A stretch of 64,000 nucleotides of DNA from Harriotta raleighana (lineage: Eukaryota): the NCBI GenBank assembly GCA_050575255.1, contig JBNZDD010013726.1, positions 9,764,618 through 9,828,617 on the forward strand, given 5' to 3'. The position numbers and the translations under genes are program-made. The notes under the pieces were generated by a model. The model did no database searches, was not told where the DNA came from, and worked only from the letters and a program-made list of their open reading frames with translations. Shown here piece after piece: positions 38,621 to 50,665 of the stretch (the stretch's first letter is position 1; each line of letters opens with the position of its first letter).

Positions 38621-40976
38621 TCTCTCTGTGGTATTGTCTCATTCCGCCTCTAAAATTCTTTACAAGACAAAATTTTCACTTCCAGAATGAATTAAAGCAA
38701 GATAATCAATAAGCAGTTATGTACTGTACACGATTATAATTACAGTATTCAATGCATCCACTATTTAATATTGATTTGTTGATATCATTTTAATGCAAGT
38801 CTAGTGTTGCATCGCATGATAATCTACACTAATGGAGCCCTAAATTGGTTAGTACCCTCTTGTAGTTATACAGAAAACTTTGAGCATGTTGGTTGTAGTG
38901 TTCAAGGAACACAGTCCTAAACAGCCGGAGTGTGGAACTACTGTTTTATCGGGTAATTCCACGCAGCAGTATCTTCGCTCTGACTATAGCAGAACTGTAG
39001 TCGGTGTGAAGCAAATATATATATATATTTTTATTTTTTTTAAACTTTCAGTGACAGTCTGCTGGACTGCCCCTTATATTTTTTACGTTGGTGAAGAAAC
39101 GGCAGAATTGTCGGCTCTTTAGTAACATTAGAAATGTAACTGGCATCGGGACGCCAGTTAACATAGCATTGTCAGCTGCATCAGTGCACACCACACACAA
39201 GCACAGAACTTTACCTCGCTTAAACAGGTTGCAACATGGAGAGAACTGTGTCATGGCATGACATCAGCGTGCATTGCTCTACTGAAGGTAAGGGTTTGGA
39301 CACGGGGCTGTGTGATCTCACTGAATGACGAAACATCATTCCATAATTAAAAGATTTCCATTTACTTCAGCTTAACTCTTAAAACTTCCGACAGTAAACA
39401 TCGCCCATAACACCGCAATGCTATTCCAAATACTGCATTCAAATTAAAATTCAACGATGGTTTGCACGTAAGCAAGTGGTGTGATACTAATACATGGGGT
39501 AAAGCTTCTTTAAAGTCAAGACACAAACTGTTAATGGCATTAGAAACTCTAGAATTGGCAGTTAGACTTTCAGTAGTTTTAAACCCCAATTGCCAGCCTC
39601 CACACTGCATCCCACAACTCTTCTTTTCTCAGAAACATATCCAGTTTCCTCTCCCACCCCACTTATACTGTCTGCTTCGATGATTTTCCTTGTATATAAG
39701 TTTATTACTCTTTGAGTAAGGTACTTCCACCTGACTTCTCTTGTTACTCCTAACTTTTTAAACTCGCGTCAGTGGATTTGAATTGAATCAATACTGACAT
39801 AGAATATAACTCCTATTTTACTGGAACAAATTCTACTCTGACTTTTCAACTTAGAAATGGTTATAAGGGATGGTTTGAGGGATGTTTATTAGACATTGCA
39901 TGGAGACAGACCGTTAGCAAAAGGTACCGCCTCCTCCCCCCAAAAATTGTGTCAGTCATCTCGAAGTACTTAATGTTATTATTTAATACTGTAACATTAG
40001 ATAGTTAGTTGTATTACAACCTACGCTTCAATAACTANTTTCAACTTAGAAATGGTTATAAGGGATGGTTTGAGGGATGTTTATTAGATATTGCATGGAG
40101 ACAGACCGTTAGCCTCCTCCCCCAAAAAATTGTGTCAGTCATCTCGAAGTACTTAATGTTATTATTTAATACTGTAACATTAGATAGTTGGTTGTATTAC
40201 AACCTACGCTTCAATAACAAAAAAAAGTTTCCTACTCTGAATCATTCTGCAACTGTAAATGATATCACATTATTTTTTGTAATATAAAAGGGGCGCAGTT
40301 CCCTATGTATTATAATTACAGTCACTAAACCATCTTGGGGACCAAACTTTGCCCTCACTCACAGGAAATATACTTCTACATATTGAGTGACTCCCAAAAT
40401 GTGTGCAGTACTGGAGATGAACACGGACTTTTGAGTGTATTGTGATCTTCCTAAGCCATTAAAAGGTAAATCAAGGTGAACATTTTAATAAATTTAGCGA
40501 AATGTTATAAGATCACAGTATAATAAAAAAAATTGGGTAAAATCATGGGGCATCTTTTGCTTTCTGACTATCAATGGCTATAATTGATCAAATAGACAGT
40601 CAAGCATACTGTACACACCTGTCCTCGGGTACATAATTCTCCTGGAGCAGAATGAAGTGGATGCCTTCTTCACAGCCAGATACTTGGATGATACCAAGAG
40701 GACTCCGCAGTGCTGCTGTCATCTGCTTGCACTGGCTTATGTTGTTCATCTTGGCAACCTATACAAACAAATTGTTCGTCCTGATAAGTAATTAAACAAT
40801 CATCCCCTACTGTCACAATGGCAGCCAATTGTCTTTTTTTTACAAAAAAACGTTTACTTACTTATATTAATCCTTTGAGAATTATAGTCCAGTCAGCGTT
40901 TAGATTGTGAATATTCTGAGTCTCGAAGTGTTTATTTAGTCGCCTGTTCCTCCAATTGGGTTAGGGTTAAGGTTAG

Positions 40977-41170
40977 AATAATAATAAATAATAATAAGTA
41001 ATAATCCTCGCATTTGATACAGTGCCTTATCATAACATTGAGATGTCTTAAAGCGCTTCACAGAATAGATATACAGGAAAGTGGAGTGACTGTGCATTCT
41101 GTGGACAAATGGGGTAGCCAGTTGCACACAGCAATGTCCCACAAACAGTCATGGAGTGTGACCAATTTTG
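40977..41170 (-). mobile_element. SINE 3' half
   Basis: (aat)n cctcgcatttgatacagtgcc...aagcgcttcacagaa...gcaatgtcccacaaacagtc. Confidence 0.85.
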
Positions 41171-41395
41171 TCACAGCACACAGCAATGCAATGTAGAACA
41201 ATTTTGTTCCAGTTCAGTTACAGAGCACGTTTCATAACGTCGGTGAGTTTGAAAACAGTAGATTTCTAAACAAAGCAATCTGGAAAACAATTCTCTTTTG
41301 AGCATTTGTTAGGAATATTGTTCTACACACACTATAGCTTTCAATACGGGAGCTTTAAAAAATGGACAAATATAGCGTTTTTCACGTCTTCTAGA

Positions 41396-41660
41396 CAACA
41401 ATAACAACAAAATTACATTTGTATAAACACCTTTCACATCGGGAGGACGTCCCAAAGCGCTGAACAGTCAGGTCGGGACCCGAGTTGGGGGGAGGGTCGG
41501 GGGTAGGGGGAGGGGGAAGGAGAGTGGGAGAGGACGGGGGGAAGAGTCAGGGGGTGGGGAGCCAAAGGCGTGGTCGAAGAGGACGGTCTTGAGACCGGCC
41601 TTGAAGGAGCAAAGGGAGGCAGCAAGGCGGAGGGACTGCAGGATTTGGAGTTCCATAGTG
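41396..41660 (-). mobile_element. L2 LINE 3' end
   Basis: (caa)n tail, ctttcacatcgggaggacgtcccaaagcgctg, G-rich 3'UTR; the minus translation MELQILQSLRLAASLCSFKAGLKTVLFDHAFG resembles the L2 ORF2 C-terminus (WN.LP..LR...SL..FK..LKT.LF..AF). Confidence 0.88.
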
Positions 41661-41732
41661 TCTCAAAGCACTTCAAAGCACTTCCCCGAATGTACTGTAA
41701 GGTGCATCGACTGCATATTTGTGGGCAAAACA
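41660..41732 (-). mobile_element. SINE fragment abutting the L2 (duplicated after N41781)
   Basis: gtctcaaagcacttc...gaatgtactgtaaggtgcatcgactgcatatttgtgggcaaaac. Confidence 0.7.
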
Positions 41733-43489
41733 TGTATTTGAGGACAAACTCATTATATTCAGTATTTTTTTTTTTTTTAANGTCTTGAGACCGGCCTTGA
41801 AGGAGCAAAGGGAGGCAGCAAGGCGGAGTGACTGCAGGATTTGGAGTTCCATAGTGTCTCAAAGCACTTCAAAGCACTTCCCCGAATGTACTGTAAGGTG
41901 CATCGACTGCATATTTGTGGGCAAAACATGTATTTGAGGACAAACTCATTATATTCAGTATTTTTAAAAAAAATTATGGCATAAATAGCCCACCAAAGTG
42001 TGGCACATCCTCTAGATTGCGCTCCAGTAAGCGCTCTGAGACGCTGTCAGGCATGGAGGGCGCTGTATAAATCAAAGTGGTCGTATTGGTGAATTGATTC
42101 CTGGGCCCTAATAGTATTAACAAATGATCATTTACTGTCGTTGTTCAGTGCTACTTTTTCACAGAAACCTGACCCACCGTTGGAAAATTCTGCTCCACAT
42201 TTGGAATTGTAACAGCACTCTTCACTGCTGAAACCCTACACATGTACAGAGAGGCTCGTGGGAAGCTCAGTGAAGCAGTCCATTAAAATCTCTGCCTCCA
42301 GTGAACAACATTTAAAAACATAAAGACTTTTAGTGGCAAACAGTCACAATAATCTCTGCACGACGAAAACAACTGAAATACAGCAGACGCAAGTCTATCA
42401 CATTGAACTGTTCTAACCCAAACCCCAATTGAAATAGGATAGATTAGTAAAAGCAAATGTTACATTGGAGAAGCTCCTTTGCCTGCCCTAATACATTGGA
42501 ACTTTTACACCTCATTCACTCTGCCAGGTTATATAAATGCTACGAAACAGTCAACACCAACAGAGCTGCCAGATGTTTAGCATTTCTGACGGTCTTGCTT
42601 TGTAGCATATGCGTTGCTCGATTCTAAAAAGCTCAGAGACGGGAAAAAATTCCTTCTCCAAATTAAGTGACCCAAATGCCATGCAGTGTTCTGGATGGAT
42701 CCACCACTAAACAATGGTGTGTTGTTGGCAGATCCATTGCGACACAAGGAGCCAAGTTAACACTGCATAATTTATTGCATGCCAGGATTGGATCAAGGCT
42801 ACCCTTTAAAATACCTTCTGGCACGAGCTTGGGCAACAAATGAAATGCTAATAGGCAAACGTAATCAATGTTGGCTGCATGTATACGATGCATCATAAAG
42901 TACAGATGTGGTTGTGCTCCAATTGAACGAGGAGACTGGAACCCAGTGCATATAGCCAATACAACTTGGCCAGCAAAAGTGAGGTACACTGAAAGACGTA
43001 AACCACTGTGCTTCTCAATTAATTTACACTTATATAATATCTGGCTCATTGAAAATATATTTCAACGTGCTTCCTGCAGCTGACTGGAAACTTAAAAGGT
43101 TGATGACTTCAGTCATCAGGAAGGTGGGTAGGCAAGTTGGATGACCAGAAATTAGGAAAAGGTCTGCAACAACAAAAAAAGCACCTTTCACATCAAGAGC
43201 TCAATCCAAGGCCCCAGAGAGCATATTGTGGATTTCAGGCCAGAAATGAGGGAGGAGAGAGATGTTGGGAGGCGAGGTTAAAGGTATGTAAGGACGGATA
43301 AGTGGGGGTTGGTAAGGTAGTGTCAGCTAAAGCATTCCTCTCGATTTATTTGAAAGTCCATCCCCTCCTTGTATTTGGAGGTGAGGATACAGTGAGCCTG
43401 CTTGGAGGAGACGTTTTGAATTTATTTTTGGTCGTAAAGAAGATCTGGATAATGCGGCATTTTTACACAGCAATTTGCAGGTCACTTAA

Positions 43490-43948
43490 TAACAATAACA
43501 ACAACAACAATAACAATCCTTCCACTTGATATCAACAACAATAAAATGACATTTGTAGAGGGCCTTTCACGTCGGGAGGGAGTCCCAAGGCGCTGGACAG
43601 TCAGTGAGCTCGGGGAGGGTGGAGGGAAGTGGGTGGAAGTTGGGTGACGAATGGCACAGTCTTGTGGGGTCTTGCGGGGTTTTGTGCTGGAACTTGAAGG
43701 ATGTTAGGGACGGGGCGAGCAGGAGGAATTGCGGGATGGAAATCCAACGTTTGGGGGCAGAGTGGCTGAAGGCTCGGCTGCCGATGGTGGGGGGTAGTAT
43801 CGTGGAGCAGGCAGGAGCCTGTTAACTAAGGGAACAGGGTGGGTGGGGGCAAGGTCACGGAGGGCTATGAAGGTGAGAAACAGGATTGTGAATTGAATCC
43901 TCTGAGTGATGGGAAGCCAGCGGAGTCGGGCGAGGATGGAGGTGATAT
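43490..43948 (-). mobile_element. L2 LINE 3' fragment with ORF2 remnant
   Basis: Translation ITSILARLRWLPITQRIQFTILFLTFIALRDLAP matches the L2 motif HITP.L..LHWLP...RI.FK.L.LTFKAL.GLAP; (caa)n tail. Confidence 0.92.
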
Positions 43949-44204
43949 AGCGTCTTATCATGTCATTGAGACATCTCAAAGCACTCGGAGCCGAGTGTGC
44001 TAATCACTAGGCTACGGGACTCGATACTATCGAACATATTGCACTGACGTAACAGCTGGATATTACAGAAGATAAGTGTAGGTGGGAATGGAATGTATTT
44101 CTCCAAATGTCTAAAAGATCAGCTAAGAGTTCTCAGAAACCACCTTGCCTGAAAACCTAGTCCAGCAGTTCTGATTTGCTGTCTAGTTTTGCAGGGAAAT
44201 TAGA

Positions 44205-44296
44205 CAACCAACAAGATCAACAAAATTGCACTTGTATAGCGCCTTTCACGTCACGAGGATTTCCCAAGACGCTGGGGACGTCCCAAGGTGCTGGCC
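44205..44296 (-). mobile_element. L2 LINE 3' tail
   Basis: caacaaaattgcacttgtatagcgcctttcacgtcacgaggatttcccaagacgctg. Confidence 0.7.
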
Positions 44297-44594
44297 AGCC
44301 ATATCAGCTCTAATTTGAACAAATACATGATACATGGATAAGAATAAAAACGCAATGTTTCCTCTAGTACTCGTGATACATACGAGGATAATAAAAATGT
44401 AGTCAAATCTTTTATGTACAAATTTATGTGCAACATCAAGTAAGCTCTTATTAAGTCCGGGTCCTCTGTGCTGAGTACAACTACGATCCTGGAAAAGAAA
44501 TGTTTTCTAATGAGAGCCTTGAAATCACCCATCATGAATGTGTTCTTCCAACTAGATCAATCCTTCTGCCGGTGATGAATGTAGGAACACAAAT

Positions 44595-44940
44595 GATGGC
44601 TAAGGTTGCAGGAGGGGTCGAGTCAGTCGAGTTCTGCGCAGCCCTGGGTTTGAAGCCAGCCCAGTCTGAAGAAATGAAGTGCTTGCTGTAAGTGTCCTAA
44701 GTAAAATGAGTTCAGGCAGTCTCACCCAGTTCACAGCACAAAACTGCCCATATTTCAACACTAATTGGCAGCCTCATTCAGAGCAGCCATAAGGATGGCT
44801 GATGTGGGAAATGGAAAGGTCACACCGGTACAGCAGAGTGTTCTTCTGAGGTGGAGGTTAAAGTACATCATTGTGTCAAAGTAAAGGAGCTTTACCCTGT
44901 ATTTAAACCACGCTATACCTGACATGGGAGTGCTTGATGC
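44595..44940 (+). mobile_element. LF-SINE-like element
   Basis: Ordered blocks ctgggtttgaagccagcccag / cctaagtaaaatgagttcaggcagtctcacccagttc / cacaaaactgcc / actaattggcagcctc / ggagctttaccctg...gctatacctg follow the LF-SINE consensus as I recall it. Confidence 0.65.
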
Positions 44941-45206
44941 CCACCTTGGGCACAGAGAGCAAAAAGACGTTCCATTCCTCAGCTTGATTAGCTCGAAAGT
45001 CACAAGCACAAATCACAAAGGCTGTTAAATCATAACACATGTACGACAAATAAAAAGCTAATGTGCTTGTTATAGGAGGAGCTGGTCAACCAAGTCCTAC
45101 AGCCTTCAGTCAGTGATGCTTCAGTTCTTCTGAAATCCAGAGCATCATTAAAAAGCCCGTGTCACATCTCGGATAAACTATCTACCCAAGGAATTATTCT
45201 AACTAA

Positions 45207-45500
45207 TAATAATAATAATCCGTGCATTTGATACAGCGCCCACACCGCATCTTTAAGAGTCTCAAAGCACTTCACAGAATATACTGCAAAGCGCATTGAC
45301 TGCATATTTAGTGGGCGAAACACAACAGCCAATTGTGCACAGCAGTTCCCACAAACAGTTGTGGATTAAGTGACCAATTTAATATTATTTATTACCCTCG
45401 GAAAAGTAATCCACTAATCGACTAACAACTGCTCGGTGAACAGAGACATGTGGAGTAAGGCAACTAAGTCTATTGCTTGTGAGGCGAGTGCTCTAACCAC
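45207..45500 (-). mobile_element. Young-family SINE with rearranged 5' part
   Basis: Tail and body 45207-45390; head remnant gcttgtgaggcgagtgctctaaccac at 45476-45501. Confidence 0.85.
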
Positions 45501-45785
45501 AAGTATTCATGTCCATTTTTAATCTAACCTTGTTCAATCTGTGCACCAGCATTGAGTCTGCTGGTCAAACTTGAGGCAGATTCAAGGTACTGTAGTAAGC
45601 AGAGAGGGTCTCTGTTTTAAAACAATTTAATTGACATCATCACACAGCAAGAGTACAGCAATAACCTTTAGATCTTAGTGCAGTCTAATACTGTACTTAT
45701 ATTGCTGCAGAAACATCTTGTGGTTAACTTACTCAATTACATGTATACAACTGATGTAAAAATGTCTAAGTTATCCTTTTCCTTT

Positions 45786-45964
45786 GAAACGCTTTGAGAC
45801 GTTTCAAAGACGTAATAAGGCGGTGTATATAATAATAATAATAATCCTTGCATTTGATATAGCGCTTTTCACATTTTATCGACGTCCTAAAGCGCTTCAC
45901 AGAATATACTGTAAAGTGAATTGACTGTATATTTGTGGGCAGAAATCAAATGCAAGGATAATTA
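45786..45964. mobile_element. Cluster of tail-to-tail SINE 3' fragments
   Basis: + tail 45786-45830, - fragment 45830-45940 sharing the (AAT)n, + tail stub atcaaatgcaaggata 45945-45960. Confidence 0.8.
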
Positions 45965-46384
45965 TATATAATAACAATCCTTGCATTTGATATAGCGCTT
46001 TTCATATCTTATCGACGTCTCAAAACGCTTCACAGAATGTACTGTAAAGTGAATTGACTGTATATTTGTGGGTGAAATGCGGCAGCCAATTGCAGTGTCC
46101 CACAAACAGTCATGGATTGAAATGACCAATTTTTCTTCTTGTAGTTTTTTTTTGGGAGGGATTATTATTAGGTGTGTGGCGTAAGGAAACTTGTCAANGC
46201 AGTGTCCCACAAACAGTCATGGATTGAAATGACCAATTTTTATTCTAGTAGTTTTTTTTTTTGGAGGGATTATTATTAGGCGTGTGGCGTAAGGAAACTT
46301 GTCAAAGTTTCGCCCTGATCTGCCTGGATTCGAACCCAGGTCTCACGCTTGTAAGGCGAGTGCTCCAACCACTGAGCTGTACGA
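45965..46384 (-). mobile_element. Full-length young SINE (internal artefactual duplication at N46198)
   Basis: Minus head cagctcagtggttggagcactcgccttacaagcgtgagacctgggttcgaatcc with intact A and B boxes; anticodon-like loop CTTACAA. Confidence 0.93.
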
Positions 46385-48716
46385 TTATTTTCCTGTAGAA
46401 TATGCCATTCAAAGTATCACTCTCCATTGAATTTAGACCGAAGAACATCTTTGCTTCACTTCTTCCTAGAATTGGTGAGAAATACCATGGCCAACTGAAA
46501 TGCACGTTATAAAACAGAAAAGGACGAAAATGGGGGATTCTTTATACCAGGGAACCATTGGAATAAATAGCTTTTATTAATCTCTCCTTTCTTTTTGTTT
46601 CTTTTGATGTTAAACTGTTTCTTCGGAGACTTACACTTGTGGCGTTTAAACTGAACACCAGAAAACCCATCTTGAACATTATCTGGAAACATTTTATTGA
46701 CGAACTGTCTTACGTTGATCTGAAAAAGTCAATGTTTTACAACGCATGAAGTCTGCAAACAGGACGCAGGACATTTTCCATTACGTACTTTTTAATCCTT
46801 ATCCAGAGACTGTTCTACATGAAAGCGTGCTTTCTGGCTTCAAACATGTCTAGAACTCTGAAAAATATTCATTATCACTATCAGTTTACAATAAATCAAG
46901 TTGCAGAAATTCCACAACGGCATACAGAAGTACAAATCATATTAAAAATCTTTAAAAATAATGAAATACCCTGATGGTAAAGCATTAAACAACTTATAAG
47001 TAACCAAAGAGCTATCTTGGGTAAATGGTTTCAAATGTTCTTTAGCTATATTAACATTTCAATTGTAGCATTTTTCATTTTGTTAACTAGATTGCTCTGT
47101 GACCCATATGTAAATAGAAGATTGACATCTAAATGATAACCCAGCAGTTGGTTTGTGAAATAGTTATAATAATTACATTTTTTCCCCCGCCTTAAGAAAT
47201 GGCAATACATTACAATGATTAATAAGATACAGATTTGGTACGTCCATTTTTTAAAAGCATGATTCACATGGCCTATAAACTTGAGCCTGACAACTAACTA
47301 TTCAGGTGTATATCTGAGAGCTGTGCACCTTCTTCCTTTTACAACGACCCAGTACTTCATCCATTTAAGAAACGTCAGTCCAGGCCTGAGATCAAATGAT
47401 TCAGATGATAGAGTGTCACCCTATGGCCCATGATCTTCAGATTTACAGCTTTTATAGAAACACACTCCCATCCTGTGACTTTCCTGCTAATAGCTATGAT
47501 ACCATCTATCTCTGTTGAGCTACTTTTACAATGTCAAAGTTATCCTTTCCTTATTTTGCCTGCAGAATTTACCGTTCAAAATATCATTCTTCATTGACTT
47601 TAGACAACTTTACTTAGCCTCTTCCCAGCATTGCTTTTCTCCTACGCTTCACAATTGGGTGACAAATGCTGTGCCCTACAGAAATGCTCTTCACAATCCA
47701 GAAAAACTGTGAAGAGATGGACTATCACTTTGTGCTGTAGAACAAGCAGAAAAGCTGGGGTTTAATCGTCAAAGCTTTCAAGAAAAAGAACTTTAGAAGA
47801 TTTATATCCAACCCATTGAGCTATAGAATTAGGGCATTTAATCTAGGAAAGCATGCATAATTATGAAAAAAAAACAAAATTGGGGCCCCTTTAACCTGCT
47901 TTTTTCCACCCAAAGTCCCTACTTGCATGTATTTTCACATAAAAATGACTCCACATCCTTGTAATTGTTCTAGTAAATTTCCACTGTAATCTTCATCATC
48001 ACTGTGGCTGGCCTTGCTCTAATCTGGTGCCCAACAGTATTGCAATCAAGACCTAAACACGTAACGTCTTGCACAAATTTAATATCCATCGCTTTGCTTG
48101 ACACCATGATGTACTTTCTATTTCTGGGATATTAAAACTTTGGGGCTTATGATTACTTAAATAGTCTAACCTTAACAAATTTAAGAGTGATATTGCACAC
48201 TAATTCATAGGCCAAGTTTTAAAATATACCTTATTTGCAGATGTACTTTCGTTGAATGGAATACAATTCTTAAGAAATGCAAGGTTTTGTGTAAATGTGT
48301 ATATTTTCCATCCAGGGACCCCCACCCATCAAATTTTAATATCTGCCTCTCTCTGCTGGTTTCAAAACAATTTTCCTTTGTTATTCCAGCAGCCAAATCT
48401 GTATGTTACCATCCAAAATGTACAAATGAAAAAGATTCAGACCATTATTCTCAGGCTGTAATCATAGTTAAGATCTATATAACTATGTAACTCAACTGAT
48501 AACTCAGTTAGTAGTGCTAATGATCTGAGTGGAACTGAGTCATATAGAGTAATCTGAACAATAATGTCACTAACTAATGCCGATGGACTGGGAACTAGAA
48601 CCATTAGAAATTCTTCAAAACTCTGAAAAAAAAAGTTATTTTGAAATGTCATCAATTATTTTTAGCACAAATACAATATGTACTTTAAGAAGAGCAAAAT
48701 CATGCTTTGTTCCTTT

Positions 48717-48783
48717 TAAAGCGCTTTGGGACGGCGATAAGATGTGGAAAGCGCTATATAAATCTAAGTATTATTATTATATT
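48717..48783 (+). mobile_element. SINE/L2 3' tail
   Basis: aaagcgctttgggacggcgataagatgtggaaagcgctatataaatctaagt(att)n. Confidence 0.8.
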
Positions 48784-49359
48784 AAAATTATACACATGTA
48801 TACAACTATTGGAAATTTAATTCATAGTACATCTTGAAAAAATGCAAACATAATCCTGTTACAATACATTCTATGCTGTTAATACCTTCAGAATTCAGCT
48901 TCAGAACTGAAAAATAATTCCCCTATTATATCTTCCTGTGAACCATTGCAACCGTATTATTTTGCAATGACGACATCAAATTAGCTTCGATCTTTGGGCA
49001 CTGGTGTTAACCATTTTACTTCATTCATTGCTTTTTCTTTAATAAAAAAAAAACAAAATATACGAATGCCAGGGAGTGAACATATTGCTACAATTTAAAT
49101 TGTGTGTTTACATTACATCCAAGAACCATTTGAGCTTAGCTCATGTGTTATGGTGCAATCTGAAACCTCTTATTACTGTTATAACCTTCCTACTCTTAAT
49201 CATCAATAATGGAATTTTTGGTACAAATGTGAAACTGCAGCCTGTAAAGGGTTACGCCAACCACAATTTTCCCCCCTTTGGTGGCGCCTTTATTGCAAAT
49301 TGTGCGTGATTAAATTACCCACTGTATATCAAGAGGTTTTCTTAAGTTACGTTAGGATG

Positions 49360-49640
49360 GAGGCTCAAGGAGTTGAGCATTTGACTCCCAACAAGAGGTT
49401 TATAAGTGTAAATCCCTGGGTTGCCTGTCACGCCGCCTCCCTTGCCTCGGTTGAGTGAGCTTTGTCAGGTCTCGGGAAGGCTGCTGGAAACAGTACCAAG
49501 TGGATGGGCCATTCCATCACGAAATGGCAGGATCAGCTTGGCTTTGCTTGAATAACCAATCCTGGAACGCTATTCAGAGAGACAATAGAGAAGCTGGCAG
49601 TCTTAGACATCACACCCTCTCTGCTGGAGCATGGCATGTG
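49360..49640 (+). mobile_element. Possible ancient tRNA-headed SINE of another family
   Basis: ggctcaaggagttgagcatttgactccca...aagtgtaaatccctggg resembles a decayed A-box/B-box head followed by a GC-richer body. Confidence 0.35.
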
Positions 49641-50221
49641 GCAGCTGTTACATGGTAGCACAGTAACAGTTTTAGGCAGGAATAGATCATTGGTCCTTCA
49701 AACTACCCATGCAACTTTCCAAAAGATTCGTTCGACACATCTATCTCGTCTTAAGATGTGGAAGGGATAAAATGTGTTAAAGGGGAAAGCCATGCAAAGC
49801 CACCTCTAGCACTGTCCAGGTATTTCTTTAAAGCTGATTGTAAGTATAATACACTTTTTTCTGTACATTCCTCTAATACGATGATATCCTAACAGCAGAG
49901 GAAATAGGGTACAGAACATGGAGTAGGGAGATACTCTTAAAGAACAACTGCTTTCTCGTAAGGTTTTTAAGATCCATCTCATGCTCTTTTTCTATCGAGT
50001 TCAGCTGTGATCTTAATTTTACCAGGTCCTCCAGGAAGGAACCCTCTTCAACTGATGATAAATTTTAGAATATAGGCATGATTTTCAAACCTAGCACTTA
50101 CAATGAAGGATGCTTCACCTACAACAAGCAGGTTTGAATGAGTGTGGTCTTGATTTGAATCTATAGCAGGAATAGCATGTCCTGTTGCTATTCACATCAT
50201 TCTTACAAAAACAAGTAGTAC

Positions 50222-50350
50222 GGAATTGGCAGCCGCATTTTGCCCACAAGATATACAGTCAATTTGTTTTACAGTATATTCCGTGAAGCGTTTCGAGACG
50301 ACTTGAATACACGCTTTGAGGCTCTGTACCAAATGAAAGCATTATCATTT
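50222..50350 (+). mobile_element. Diverged SINE 3' fragment
   Basis: aattggcagccgcattttgcccacaagatatacagtcaatt...ccgtgaagcgtttcgagacg. Confidence 0.75.
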
Positions 50351-50544
50351 TTATTTATTCATTATATCAAACGTAAAGAATACCAACATAGGAAGAAAAC
50401 ACACAACTCCGCAATACGGTTGGGTACAATGGTGTATTTTTTATATTCCTCAAAGTTTACTTTTAAATTCTCTCAATAAGAGCTCTCTGCCCACAATCCA
50501 TCCCTGTTGATCTTCTTTTCTGCAACATGACAGCATTTTGAAGG

Positions 50545-50665
50545 CAGGGTAACTACAATTGCACATAATATTCTAAATGTGGCCTCATCACTGATCTATT
50601 CATGGGAAGAATAATTCATTTCAGTTAGAAGTCAAATGCCCTCAAGAAGAAACCTAATATTTAAT
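50545..50665 (-). mobile_element. Old CR1 ORF2 fragment
   Basis: aattgcacataatattctaaatgtggcctcatca translates on the minus strand to MRPHLEYYVQL, the CR1 'VRPHLEYCVQFW' motif. Confidence 0.65.
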
